64,000 nucleotides of DNA from NCBI GenBank assembly GCA_030265395.1, contig JARFYF010000029.1, positions 29,177,787-29,241,786 on the forward strand. Direction: 5' to 3'. The stretch is from Rhina ancylostomus (Eukaryota). The notes under the pieces were generated by a model, which made no database searches, was not told the DNA's origin, and saw nothing but the letters and a program-made list of their open reading frames with translations. Position 1 is the stretch's first letter, and every line of letters begins with the position of its first letter. Both the position numbers and the translations under genes were made by a program. Below, one piece after another: positions 1 through 12,968 of this stretch.

Positions 1-123
1 CAAGGCAAGATTCCTTCCAGTTACTGCCTGCATTTGTCCTGAGGAAGTATCCTGATTCCAGTCTTGTATTGGTGTGCCGCATTTGGGTTCTCTGTGACTT
101 TGCTCTGGATCAACATTGTGACA
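1..123. mobile_element. LTR end, same family as the solo LTR at 18050-18297
   Basis: 45-123 is nearly identical to 18221-18297 and ends in ...CATTGTGACA. Confidence 0.7.
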
Positions 124-227
124 CTAAACCCTTGACAAGGAAGCCTGAAAACAAAAAATGATGCAATCGGCTCTCTGGGAACATTGAACGAGTCAATTTC
201 ACCCACTCCCACTGCATTGTTGAATTA

Positions 228-270
228 ATAATATAAATATAATATATATATATATATATATGTATATATA
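228..270. repeat. (TA)n microsatellite / AT-rich low complexity
   Basis: tatatatata run. Confidence 0.9.
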
Positions 271-917
271 AAAAAATAAGCAGTTAGCTTCCTCCAAAGT
301 CTCTTGGGCAAAGGCTGCAGCCAACATGGTGCTAAATCATCCAGGTGAGGCCAGGGTTGGAAACCATCTCTTGGCCTCTTGCAGTTGAATAGCCGGTTAA
401 CATTTATAGTTGCTGAATGTGGGATGAGCAGCCATTTGATCAGAACACTAAAGAAACCTCACTCCAGCATGAGTGCATGGTGTGAATTGAAAGAGGCAAG
501 CTGTAATGTTAGATGCACAATCCACTTTAACTTGCATTGTTTTTTTCTTTGTTTTTAAACAGGCTTGTTTTTTTCCTATAAAACGGTGAATTCCTTTTAT
601 TTAAACAGAGGCAACAATTTATTGACCTTCAGTTCTATTAACTGTCTACTCAAAAGATTTCTATTTTCTTCATTGAAAAAACATTTGCTAAATCTGCAGC
701 TATCCAGAATTCATTATTAGACACTCTTGTCTGGTTCCAATGCCAAATAATGTTATGATTGGATGATAGCTGTTCACTGTGTAGAAACTACCAACTCAAA
801 CTTTTAAGTCCCAACATATTTAATTGTTTTTCTGACAGCCAAGGTCAAAGCAAAATCAAACTTTTTACTGCTCTGAAATTATATTGTCCTGCTGTTATAA
901 TTTATCCAAGCTTTTTA

Positions 918-1060
918 TAGAACATAGAACATTACAGCACAGTACAGGCCCTTCAGCCCACAATGTTGTGCTGACATTTTATCCTGCTCTAAGATCTATC
1001 TAACCCTTCCCTCCCACATAGCCCCCCACCATTTTTCTGTCATACATGTGTCTATCTATA
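918..1060 (-). mobile_element. 5'-truncated CR1-type LINE 3' end
   Basis: atagaacatagaacattacagcac... tail shared with the element at 48252-49035; tatagaacata occurs at both ends (possible TSD). Confidence 0.7.
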
Positions 1061-3764
1061 GAACATATAAATGGTATTCTAGCCTCAGACTGAAATGTAG
1101 GACCTTGTTTCATAGCCCACTTAACATGTTGGCATTAATTTCTTCTGAACAACAACTTTATTGATTGAGACCCTAAAAATCATATTCTGTTCTTATATTC
1201 AAATTATTAATAAATTATTATTTCACCTTTTCTCCATTGTTCAATGGTGTTTCAACCTCTTCAAATAGACTAATTAATCCCCAGTGGGAGAGGTTCAGTT
1301 GTAAAGTACTTTTTTTACTATTCAAAATGATCCACTCTTCATTTACAGGTGTTCTTGAATCAATCAGAATACTGCAGTACAACCACAGGGAGTCCCAATA
1401 CAGTGATCAGTGAAATTATTTATCATAAACTGCACAACAATATGAGTGCACAATAGATAATCTTCACAAGCTTTGTCCATAGTTAAAATCATTGCTTATA
1501 ATGGTCACTGACCTGAGAATTAGTGTCCTTCAACAAACTTGCTGAATATTCTTGCTGTATTCCAGACACGTCATATTTTCACACTCCCTAATTTCATAAA
1601 GTAATATCACACCTCAAATCACTAAGGAGTTGACAATATAATAAACTTGGCCTTTGTCACACTCCTAATGCCTTTGATCTTCTTACCCTAGTTATGATCT
1701 TAAAAGTATTACAACAATAAAATGCACTACAGAAAACATTTAAACTTAGAAGCAACGTCGGACCAACTGCATTGCATAAAATTTCCGTTTTAACATCACA
1801 GTTAGCAAAACCCAAACATTCACATAATCTGATAAAAAACAGGAAGTACTGTCAACCATCTGAAACANNNNNNNNNNNNNNNNNNNNNNNNNNNNNNNNN
1901 NNNNNNNNNNNNNNNNNNNNNNNNNNNNNNNNNNNNNNNNNNNNNNNNNNNNNNNNNNNNNNNNNNNNNNNNNNNNNNNNNNNNNNNNNNNNNNNNNNNN
2001 NNNNNNNNNNNNNNNNNNNNNNNNNNNNNNNNNNNNNNNNNNNNNNNNNNNNNNNNNNNNNNNNNNNNNNNNNNNNNNNNNNNNNNNNNNNNNNNNNNNN
2101 NNNNNNNNNNNNNNNNNNNNNNNNNNNNNNNNNNNNNNNNNNNNNNNNNNNNNNNNNNNNNNNNNNNNNNNNNNNNNNNNNNNNNNNNNNNNNNNNNNNN
2201 NNNNNNNNNNNNNNNNNNNNNNNNNNNNNNNNNNNNNNNNNNNNNNNNNNNNNNNNNNNNNNNNNNNNNNNNNNNNNNNNNNNNNNNNNNNNNNNNNNNN
2301 NNNNNNNNNNNNNNNNNNNNNNNNNNNNNNNNNNNNNNNNNNNNNNNNNNNNNNNNNNNNNNNNNNNNNNNNNNNNNNNNNNNNNNNNNNNNNNNNNNNN
2401 NNNNNNNNNNNNNNNNNNNNNNNNNNNNNNNNNNNNNNNNNNNNNNNNNNNNNNNNNNNNNNNNNNNNNNNNNNNNNNNTTCCTAACAGCTGGCTGTGGT
2501 TCAGATTTTACTGCAGCTTCCTAATTACACCCAGAATCAGCAGTCAAGATAGCATTCCCACATCAACTGTCCAAGACATAGCCATCACTGTGCCTGTTCT
2601 TTACTCATTGATTATTTAAAGATGACAGCTATTCCTGATAACATTGACAACTATAACCTATATTTCCTTTGTATTGTTATGGGTATAATTTTGTGAAGAA
2701 TTACATTTGTTCTATATAAATTAAAAGAAACTTTATTGTTAAACTATCAGGTCAATCCAACAAAAATCACAGCACCAAGGTTTGCTGGTAAAACCTTGCT
2801 GAGGAGGACCTGTACTTCAAAGTGCAAGGGATTTTAAATTTAAAAAATATTTTAAACTGTTATGATATTTCAGCATCCATAATAATCATATAAGAATGTT
2901 CCAATCTTTATCACTCTGCATTATATTGAAAAAAAAATTAATTTTAAAAAATGCTTCCTGGTTTCCTATTTGTGAGGATCTTTTAATGCAAATGAAGGCA
3001 CCATCCATCATCAGGGCCGGGGGGNNNNNNNNNNNNNNNNNNNNNNNNNNNNNNNNNNNNNNNNNNNNNNNNNNNNNNNNNNNNNNNNNNNNNNNNNNNN
3101 NNNNNNNNNNNNNNNNNNNNNNNNCATGATAAATCTGAAGCACCAAACAAGATGCTGGAGGAACTCAGCGGGTCAGGCAGCATCTGTGGAGGGAAGTGGA
3201 CAGTTGATTTTTCGGTTCAAGACCCTTCATTTGTGCTTGTATATATTTTGATGAATAAACTTTATTTTTGAAATAAAACATTGTGTCAGGTTCAGAGTAA
3301 GTCCAATATACGAATTTCAAAAACATTTAGGTTGAGTTGGGCAAGACAACCAGCTCATTGCTTCACCCAGTTCAGGACAATTTGTGTAACATTACAACAT
3401 CTGAGTAACACAGTTACAGCAAGGATTGGGTTGCATTGGGATCTGGGAAAAGAAATAAGTCAACATCAGAGCTCAAGTTGGCCACAACTGGCTTGGGTTT
3501 TAATTTTAGAGCTGAACTTGCTTCCAGCTCAGTGAGAAAGTTATTGAACTGGGAGTCATAAAACTCCCAAGTACTAGGAGTACTGACCACACAAAATGCC
3601 ATTCAAACTGATGCCAGTCACCAGCAGAACAATCCCATCAGATCCCCCCCTTATTACCTCTCTGAAACCTATTTCACCTGCCCATTAATTCTTTCACTAC
3701 ATACCTACAAGTGGTAGTTTACAGCAGCCATTTAACCTATCAGAACATCTTTGGCTCATTAAGG

Positions 3765-4115
3765 ACCTCACCATCCAGGCCATTCCCTCTTCTCGATTGA
3801 AGCTTGAGTTGTGGGCATTCAGTCTCCTACATCAGGCAGGAGGTACAGGAGCCTGAAGACCCACACCTCACAGTTCAACAACAGCTTCCAAACCACATTT
3901 ATTTTCCTTTCTCTCAACTTGCACTGTCATTTTGTTTATTTTGTCATGCAAATTATGTATAATTTATGTTCATTTGTTTACATTAATAAGTTTCTGTTAA
4001 CTTATGTTTGCCATGTTTGTAATGTGTTGTGCTGCTGCTGCAGAAAGTTAATTTTCATGGCATTTATACCCTGGGTATGTATGCTTATGACAATAAATTT
4101 GAACTTGAACTTGAA
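3765..4115 (+). mobile_element. Rex1/Babar-like LINE 3' fragment
   Basis: 'SGRRYRSLKTHTSQFNNSF' RT C-terminal motif; aataaa followed by a (ttgaac)n tail. Confidence 0.65.
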
Positions 4116-4175
4116 TGGTCATTCTCCCAATCTGACAGCTGCTGGACACCATTGACCCTTTTGAACTGACCTCTG

Positions 4176-4413
4176 TCAACAACTCTTGACTGACAACAAA
4201 TGAGAGAAGATTATTCTTGTCTCAGCAATCACAATGTCTTTGTGAGCAGCTTTCATCAAGGTCAGTGTCATGAATCCATGAATCATTGTTTCAATGTTGA
4301 TCACAAATTCTAGACCAATACATTTACTAATGGTTGCTTTTTCAATTGCAGGGAACAGGACTGCAGTGGAGACATCCTGTAGAGGGCAATATGGACCCAG
4401 CATGTGATCCAAA
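4176..4413 (-). pseudogene. Pseudo-exon, CABIT-like second half
   Basis: Acceptor aaaatcAG at 4414-15. Translation LDHMLGPYCPLQDVSTAVLFPAIEK...TLTLMKAAHKDIVIAE. Joins the upstream exon in phase 2 across an 85-nt intron. Confidence 0.55.
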
Positions 4414-4498
4414 CTGATTTTAAAGTACAGAAACCACTCATAAAAATGGATGCTACTACGTGTTACAGGATTTCAGTTTTTACCTATTTTTATATTAC

Positions 4499-4655
4499 CA
4501 TAAGTGACAAATTGTGTGTCTTCTATTAAGGAAATTCTCCCATGCATTTGAATGCAATATTTCTGTTTTTGGGAGTAACATGCTCTGTAGTATCAAAAAA
4601 GGACTGCTAATTTTACGTTTCACCCAAGTCAGTTGAAGATTTTGCCAAATGAAAG
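4499..4655 (-). pseudogene. Pseudo-exon
   Basis: Strong acceptor tttctctttcAG and donor GTAATA. Open frame FIWQNLQLTWVKRKISSPFLIL...TICHL, phase 1 to 2, matching both neighbours. Confidence 0.55.
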
Positions 4656-5563
4656 CTGAAAGAGAAATAAATTGAGGATTCTTCATTGTTGTTGTGTCTA
4701 AGTCCTGGAAATTCCAACGGACACTATTGTGGGAATAGTTTCACCACAAGGATTGCAATATTTCAAGGTGGTGGCTCATAACCACTTGCTCAAAGGCAAA
4801 TGGAGATAGGCATCAACATTGCCAGCGACAGCCACTTGCTGTGAATATTATTTTTAACAAATGGACCTTCTCTTTCTGCTTTAAGGTAAAGAATACAAGT
4901 ATAACTTATACATTGCACTTCTTGCTGCACCTAATGTTTATTTACTCAGACACAAAAATTTATGCCTTTTGATCTGAATGTCATTCCCATTTTGTTAATA
5001 TCTCTTTAATCAAAAGAATGTCACATTTTATTGTGTTTCAGATGAAAATATATTACAGAGTTATCATTTAATCCTATTATCTAACCTATCATTTAAAATT
5101 TCAAGATGGAAGGTATTGTGCTGCTATGTTTTAATGGTCTACAGTAGCTAACCTGAAGCAGCCTTCCATTATGTAGAAAACCACCTTACTGCAATAGAAA
5201 GATCTATTGTGGTAATTAGACTATACAAATTTTTTTTGCTTAATTGTACAATTAATGTGTGTAAAAACCTGGTACTTGAGCATTCAGTGAAGGCATTTTC
5301 TCTCATTAATTAGAATATAGCATTAAGTCTCAATCAGACCACAAAGCAGCATCTTCCTCTCTCTCCCCTCATTAGCTAGTATTAAAATGTTAACTTTTCT
5401 GTAATCAATATTAGTTCCCAAATCTTTTAACAATGAATGTAATTACATGATTATCTCACTGTGGTACTGGGATCAAATATGATATACACAATGCTGAATT
5501 TATTATATATACATAAAAATGATCTATTTCACTTTGGATTGCTATCTTATGAACAAAGCATAC

Positions 5564-5980
5564 ATTTCGGCTGCTGTGGTGTTCCACATTGCATGACATC
5601 AAAGCACAATATCTGTATAATCAAATTAGATTGAAAGGGTTTCACTTTTCGTTACTGGATTACATTGCTTCATCCAGTAGCGCATACCACCACTGATATT
5701 TGGAAGTGTTCTCAAGTGACGTTTTGTCATTGACATTTCAACATTATTGAAAATATATCTGAAACTTTGTGGAAGAAAATGATTCTTGATCCTGAGGGAC
5801 TGCCTAAGAAGTTGGTAGTAAAGTTGCTTAGATGTAGGATTGAAGAACTGCTCCAATTTGCATGTGGTAAAACAATATTTTAACCATATAAAGTTCATAG
5901 AACTGTCTGATTTCTAGTGCTGATAATGTCCAGCTGTTTTAAACAGTCTCCACTTCTAACTTCAGTCATGATAGGTATTT
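5564..5980 (-). pseudogene. Pseudo-exon with CABIT-like N-terminal motif
   Basis: IPIMTEVRS...VLPHANWSSSSILHLSNFTTNFL (cf. GAREM-type WSS motif), several stops, donor GTATGC. The 5' boundary is approximate. Confidence 0.5.
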
Positions 5981-6719
5981 GTAAGAAAGACGAATTTTAT
6001 TGCCTGTCAAAGCATTTTGCTGTTTGAATCTTGGGAATCTTCAAATGAGTAATCATATCTTCTGACACAGTGAATGACTTGAATGAAGGAACTGAGAGTT
6101 TGCAGATGATATTAAGTTGGGAGACCAGGAAATAGAGCAGGAAAGAGCTCACCACCATCTTCTTCAGGGCAGTTAAGGATGGGAGATAAATGCTGGCCTT
6201 GCCAGTGATGTTCAAATCCTTAAATGAAGTAAAAAGTTTAAGTGATTGGGCCTGTGCAGCTCAAGATGGGGAAGAGAAGAGTCACTTACTTTGGATCCAA
6301 GAAAGATAAATTAAAATGTTTTAAAAATAGCAACAAGAAACTGTGGAGAAGCAGAGAGATGTGGCTTAGAAATACAAAATCTTGGGAATAGTCAACAGCA
6401 TATGTGAAAAGAAGAACCAAGTTAACATTTCAGATCAATGACCTTTCATCAGAAACTTTCTGATGTCTGTCCTACCAAATATTTTAAGCACTTCTCCTTT
6501 ATTTTTTCCAGCATATACAGTTTTTTACTTTTCCACAGAGATTCTGTGTGTTTACACAAAACATTATTAAAAAATGGATAGATACAAAAAGCAATGAAAA
6601 AGTCCTGTGGAGTGTTGATATTTATCTAGTGGGAAGGAATATGGAGATTATGTTTTAGTTTCATAAATCCCTAATGAGATCTCATCAAAATTTTGGGCAT
6701 TGGTAACCTTGGAATAAAA

Positions 6720-7540
6720 ACAGAAATGATGGAGATTTTCCGCAAGTCAGGTAGTACCTGTGGAAAGAGAAACTGAGTTGCTGTTTCAGCTTGAAGAAGC
6801 TTATCAGAACTGGAAAAACAAGAAAATTAGTATGTTTTAATCTGCAGAGTAGGCAGAAGGATAATCAGAACAAAGGGAATGTTTGTGATGAGATGAAGAC
6901 ATGGGTTGCTAAGTGATAATCGATTTTGATGCTATCTAGTTACTCATAGTCAATTTGCCTGGAGGAGTATGAATAGAGGGAGGATAATGAAGATAGTTAA
7001 GCAGAGGTAAAACACGACAATATGTTGCAAAGGAGATGCAGGACACTGCAGTTTCTGGAAATCTGACATCAGAAAAATGCTGGAAAGGCTCAGCAGATCA
7101 GACAGCCTCTGAGGAGAGAGAAAAATTAAGTTATGTTCCTTGCTAGTTCTGACACATACAGAAAAACCTGGTTATTTGAAATTGTTGATTTGAATATTGA
7201 GTCCAGAGGGCTGCAAAGCACAGAGAAAGAAGATGGGGTGCTGTGCCCAAAGCTTACAATGGGCTTTATTAGAACATTGTGGGAGGCCAAAGACAGAGAG
7301 GACAAGGTAGAAGTGGGATGGAGAATTAAAGCTCAGTGTCATCTTTACAGACTGAGTGGAGTTGTGCCACAAAATGTTCTCCCAGTGTGTGTCTGGTATG
7401 TAGAGGAGAGCACATCATGAGCACCTTGTGCAGTACACTAGATTGGGGGAACAGCAAGTGAATTGCTGCTTCATCTGAAAGGATGATTTGGGTTCTTTGA
7501 TGGTGGGAGGGGGTATAAAAGGGCAAGTGTTGCATGATGA
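6720..7540 (-). mobile_element. Degraded Penelope-like element fragments
   Basis: gatgctgg..ctcagca.gtcaggcagcatc terminal motifs and GIY-YIG-region-like sequence. Confidence 0.5.
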
Positions 7541-8772
7541 CCTTGGATCAGGTGCAGCACAAGTTTATTAGAGAAGAATTGGTGAGTAGAAAATGTGAAA
7601 GGTGATCTAACTGAGATTATTAAAATAATCAAAGCAATTGATAATGAAAGTAGAAATTAACTATCTTCTTGTGGGGAACTTTAAACAAACAGAAAAAATA
7701 TTAAAATTAGAGCCAGGCCAAGAGTGAAATCAGGAAGCTGTGGGTGATGGAAATATGAACTCTACTCCCTCTCCTCTGGCCTCCCCACTCCCCACACAAA
7801 TACAACAGATGGGAGTCCGTTGAATGCTTCAAGATCAAGATTGATAGATTTCTATGAGGTAAAGGCATTGAGGCACATAATGCAAGGTGAATAAATGTGC
7901 CTAAACTCAGTGGATTATCAGGCATGCTCCAATTGAAAGGCAGGGACTGCTCAAAGGCTGATAGCCCATTCCAGTTCTTAATGTTCCTATGGTAGTCAGG
8001 CTGGTTGCCAACAAATGCAAATAAATTCAACTCCATCCAACACAGCATGCTACGTGCAAGCTGGTGTCCAGTGCACAGCAGGGTTTGGTACAGGAGAACA
8101 TAAAGAGAAAATCAATTTTATTGACTGAATGCTGCTCCAACGTAGGCAAAGATTATAATGAAACAAGTAGAAAAAAAACTTATGAAGTAAGCAATCACTG
8201 CAGGCTTGGTTTTATTCTACAGGGACATTACATGTAAAAATGGTGGAGCTCAGAAACATAGGGAAATTAATCAAACTACCAGAGGTGATTTATGGAAAAC
8301 TGATTTATTGAAGCAAATAATTTATGGTTTCTTCCAAATGCTCAGAAATCTTCATTTCACTCCCTCCATAACTTCTGTAAAATTTTGCACAGTAGATCAC
8401 TTACATGGTAAGCAGAGTAATTCATGGGATACACATTGCTCAGAGCACTTGTCTCAATAATCATGTTGATTAGAGCACAGCTACCCTATTCCCAACCTAT
8501 GCTGCCTATGAAAGGGTGACTGACTTAGCATTTAACTCTGTGGGTTTTTTGAAATGTCAACCATCAGAAAAAATGAACTTATCTTGATCTTTTGCCTTGT
8601 CTTCTGTATTTCATTCAGGAACAATATTTATTAACATTAGCCTAAATGTGCTATTATAAAGCAATTCATTTGCAATTTATGTATGTTCGATAAATCTTTT
8701 GTTTCATTAAAAAAGATTAAAAATGTACATTATACCCTTTCCTCATATCTAACAATGTTATTAACTCCTTAC

Positions 8773-9379
8773 CAACACATTATCATCATATGTTAAAATG
8801 CACAATTGAATTGTGTGGATCAACTGCAAATATGACATACTTCAAAGTATTCCATGAAATGTTAATACGTATCTGCAAACCAAAAAACTTCAATGAAACA
8901 ATGCTGAACTCTGGGCAGGGATCAAAAACAATATGCAGGAGGAAATTCTTCAATTTTCAATGACGTATTTCGCTTGTCAAAAACAGTGCATCAACATTTT
9001 AATCTAACAGACGTTTATTGACAAATAGAAGATGACACAATATTCAATAGCTTGATAAATGATGATATACATTATATTTTATGTACCATAATTTTATTGG
9101 GAAATTATCACAAAGGCTATGATGATAAACTGATGTTTCCTTGCACACTATTATTCAAGCATGTACATTTAGTCATGAAATATACATCCAGGTTTAAGCT
9201 GGGAAGGATACTGAATGTCAATTTTTAATGCAGGATAGATAGGTTTTTTTTCCTTCAGGGCTTTTGCCTTCTTCATTTGAAAGTTCAGACAAATGAGTCT
9301 TTGGCTTCACTGTATTCCAGACATCCATATTCTTCTTGTGTTCCTTGAAGCTATGACAGTAAAATGTGGTACTCCAGAT
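8773..9379 (-). pseudogene. Pseudo-exon, CABIT-like module
   Basis: Acceptor tttaaatAG and donor GTAAGG. Segments IWSTTFY, LKIDIQYPSQLK and SLCDNFPIKLW are linked by frameshifts and stops. Confidence 0.55.
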
Positions 9380-10649
9380 CTATTTAAAGCAATAATCTAT
9401 TTCTGCATGAATTCAATAAAGTACTTATTTTATAATGTTATTATAAATTACTATGTCAGAAGGCTGCCTGGTAGGGGTTAGCAACAGGTGGACTAAATTA
9501 AAATAGTTCAGATTTGCTTAATATTTACTAAATAGTTTTTAAAAAAGTAATCATACAGCCACACGTGGGGCAACATGGCCTCCAAACACGTACATTTCCC
9601 ATATTTATATTCTTATGTTCATTTATTTTCAGGCAAAAAGAAATGTTTTGTTCTTTTGTGGAACTTTATATATTAATATGGTATTCATTTCTCAGAATCA
9701 TTAGAACATAGCAGAACTGGTCTCATAAACAAGCTGAAATTGAATTGGCAGACCCATTTACACTAAGCCTGATTTGCTTATCTTTCCATTGTAAAGTAAC
9801 AGTGCCTCATTATTAAGGGATGACTAATGAAGTCTAATTTTAACCCCTGATTCTTTTCTCTATAAAATCTTGGCAAAATCAATGGGTTAGTCTTATCATG
9901 AGGATGGCCGCCAGAGTATTACTTCTGACCATGTCCAAATAATTAGTCTACATTAATAACTACTGTCAAATTATCTAAGTATTTCAGAGCCATTTCCGAT
10001 GTTCAGTGATCTGTGACTGTTCCTCAGAATACTCATCCTAAGTAAGACCATTGTTAGGATTGAGTCAGTGGACCAAGGAGTTGGCAACTCCTAAGCCTTG
10101 GAAATCCCACATTCTCAACAATTCCGAGATTGAACAGGCTCAAAGTGTAAGTTGATCTGGCAAATGAGGGACGGGGAATTAGCATTGAGGATCAAGTTCT
10201 GAAAAATGATCACACTGTTAAAAGAAGCTGGTTGAGTACTACAAATGAAAATTAGCCCCAACATGTCTGCAAACTTTTTCAAAGCACTGCAAACCTAACA
10301 TTAATTGTTTCAGATTCTTCTTCCCTTCTTGCATTTCTTACTTGTACCCTTGGCTTATTGTTAGTAGTCTTGCCTCAAGAGTCAGGCCACAGATTGAAAC
10401 CATTCTCCAGATACTTGAGTATGCTACATCAGCAGACATTTCAGCACTATACCAGGAGTGTGCATTGTCTTACAATTACCAGCCACTTGTCATTCTGAAT
10501 TGGCATTAAAGATCCCACAGTACTCTAATGAAGGACATTGGAGTTCTACTACTGACTTGGCTGATGTTAGCAAATTTGTTTTACATTATTATCCGCATTT
10601 CACTAAGAGAGAAAAAAAATCAATGTCTTCATATCCTTAGCAATAGAAA

Positions 10650-11110
10650 TGGTGCAGAAGAGATTTATGAGCATCGCCAGGGCTGAGAAATCAGCGTCAT
10701 GAAGAGAGACTCTATGGACTAGTGTTGTTTACTTTGGAACAAAGGATACTACGGGCTGCTTTGTTTGAGGAGTATTAAATTACAAGAGCTCTAGACAGGG
10801 TAAGCAGAAAGGATGTATTTCCACAGCAGAGAGGACAGTAACTAGCAGGCATTGATTTAAATTTTAATAGAACAATTAAAGGCGAGTTGAGAAAAAAAAT
10901 GTCGTCACAGAACTGTGGAAGTCTGGATCTCACAGCCAGGAAACATAATGGAGGCAGAGATCATCACCACATTTAAGAAGTACCTGGATGAGCACTTGAA
11001 GAGTCAAACTCTGCAGGGCTATGGACCAAGAGCTGGGCAGGTTTATTTTTGGCTGGCATGGACATTATGGACTGAAAGGATTCCACCCTTGCCATATATT
11101 TCTATAAGTC
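10650..11110 (+). mobile_element. Old CR1 LINE 3' fragment
   Basis: 'EAEIITTFKKYLDEHL' CR1 ORF2 C-terminal motif. Confidence 0.7.
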
Positions 11111-11369
11111 TATGCTTCAATCTGCCGGTCACTTCTTGTCCCTGTCGTCAGTGAAAATGTTTTGCTAAAATTTATCACAGAAAAGGTAATTCAGTTTAAA
11201 TAAATGTGTGAAATTCACTGTGGTTTGGGGTAAAAGTAACAATTCCAATGTCATGCTTTGAAGATTCAGCGAGGCCCTGAAGTAAAAATATTAATTACAA
11301 TAATCAAAGACACCTTTGAACATCTTATGTTAACTTTAATCATATTACAGTTATATATTCATTTTTTTA

Positions 11370-12260
11370 CATTTTTATAATGTTGGGAACCTTCTGGTAG
11401 ATTTCCCTCTTCTGCATCAAACACAGTTGCCTAATTTTAGCCTACCAAGTTCTAATGACTTAGAGGTGCTTATTTTAAAGTTTGCATTTCACTGACTGAG
11501 CAGCTAAATGTAAAAGTTGTTCCAGTGTTCTTTCGTGCTAATTTGCTTTCTCCTTCCATTTTTTTGAAGTTAATTATAGTGCAACACATACAGCTCATCT
11601 GGTAACTTTGCCTGTTACAAATTCATATATCTGTCAAATAGGTGAATGTTGGAGAAGCAAATCTTGTACTTTCACTGTGCTGAGAAAATCTATACAGCCG
11701 GTTGAGATTGGGAACCAGCTCATATTGAAAAAGTGTTGTTTATGTATGTAAAAGAGAGAGAAGGTTATAAAATTGCTGAATCCATTTGCTATTTGTTTTC
11801 TATCACCATGCTTTTAATTTGAAGTCCAGAAACTATCAGCGGGGGTGTTTTGTTAATGGGTTGGAGTAAGTGGCAGAGTGACATTTTTCAAAGTGCTTCA
11901 GAGATAGAAATGGGAGTGGACTGATTCCTTTAAAAGGATGGAGGATTCATCAGGGTTCTGATAGGAAAAGAGGGGAACTAATGATGCAGCACCATGAAAT
12001 CTTTCAGAGCAGAAAACTACTGATTTCCTAAATTTACCACATGACCCCACAGGAATATGGTAATAAACAAATTTGTCATATTTTTACTGATGTTCTGAAT
12101 TTTACCCTGAATAAGATAGTAATCTACAATAGGCAAGGATAAATTCTTAACTACATATTAACATATTCCTTGAAGGACAAACACTTATGTGCTAATATAC
12201 AAGGTATCCAGCACAATGGATCGCAAAAGGTTATACAAAAGACAACTTGAAAATTAAGAT
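11370..12260 (-). pseudogene. Pseudo-exon, CABIT-like
   Basis: CLSFKEYV / KNLSLPIV / FLWGHVVNL / HFYL*STLKNVTLPLT in shifting frames. Boundaries are approximate. Confidence 0.4.
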
Positions 12261-12639
12261 TGAGATGCTGAACACTTTATTACAGAGGTGTGCAGCTGGA
12301 GGACATAGCAGAGGCAGGAAAGGCCGATGCTATAAAGGGATTCATAAGCAAGGATGAGAGATTTATAACCATGGTGTTGCTTAACTGAGAAGCTACATAT
12401 GTCAATGACTCCAGAGGTGATGGCTGACCATGACTTGATGTAAATTCGAATATGAGCAGCAAAGATTACCTTGTGCTTTTGGTGAGTAGAGAAGGGAAGG
12501 CCAGTCAAGGGTGCTTTGGAAAATGAAGTCCACAGTTAACAAAGGTATGAATGAAGTTTCTACAGCAGACATGCTAAGGCAAGAGTGGAGATGGTTGAAG
12601 TTACAGAGGTGAAAATAGATAGTGCAGATAATTAGCTGC

Positions 12640-12968
12640 TTGGAAAATACTGCAATGGATTGTATACAAGATATTTTTATCAAAAGTTCATTCCCATAAG
12701 GTCAGTTTTGAAATGCAATGTTAATAATGATAACAAGCTTCAAGATTTCCATATGAAACAATGAAACAATACTTGCATGGAAACTCCAAAGTTACCAAAA
12801 GTTTTGCATTCACCTCCCCCCTAAAATCTGACCACAGTGATGGATTTCCATGAAAGTTTCTAGTAATTGCTTGAATAATTTGGAATTGGCGTACTTGCTG
12901 CAAAAAGCAGATTGATATAATTTCTCCACTGGTGAACAAGAATTCATCAAAACCATGGTACACTGCAA
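12640..12968 (-). pseudogene. Pseudo-exon, CABIT-like first half
   Basis: Acceptor tttcctgcAG. Open frame VYHGFDEFLFTSGEIISICFLQQVRQFQIIQAITRN...KLLVTLEFPCKY, resembling THEMIS FSTGEVIKI and GAREM RQWTTITA. Confidence 0.65.

Noticed and set aside
1772-2524. Long ORFs of 110-250 aa (also 48388-49066, 49868-50218, 16904-17281, 17916-18335)
   Set aside because: They are open only because they run through N gaps.
2700-2920. Further pseudo-exon (FKIPCTLKYR, minus strand); similarly 23045-23357
   Set aside because: Too degraded and AT-rich to distinguish from chance.
5626-5898. 90-aa ORF as an intact terminal exon
   Set aside because: It lacks a good acceptor, and the alternative frame carries the WSS motif and a phase-compatible donor.
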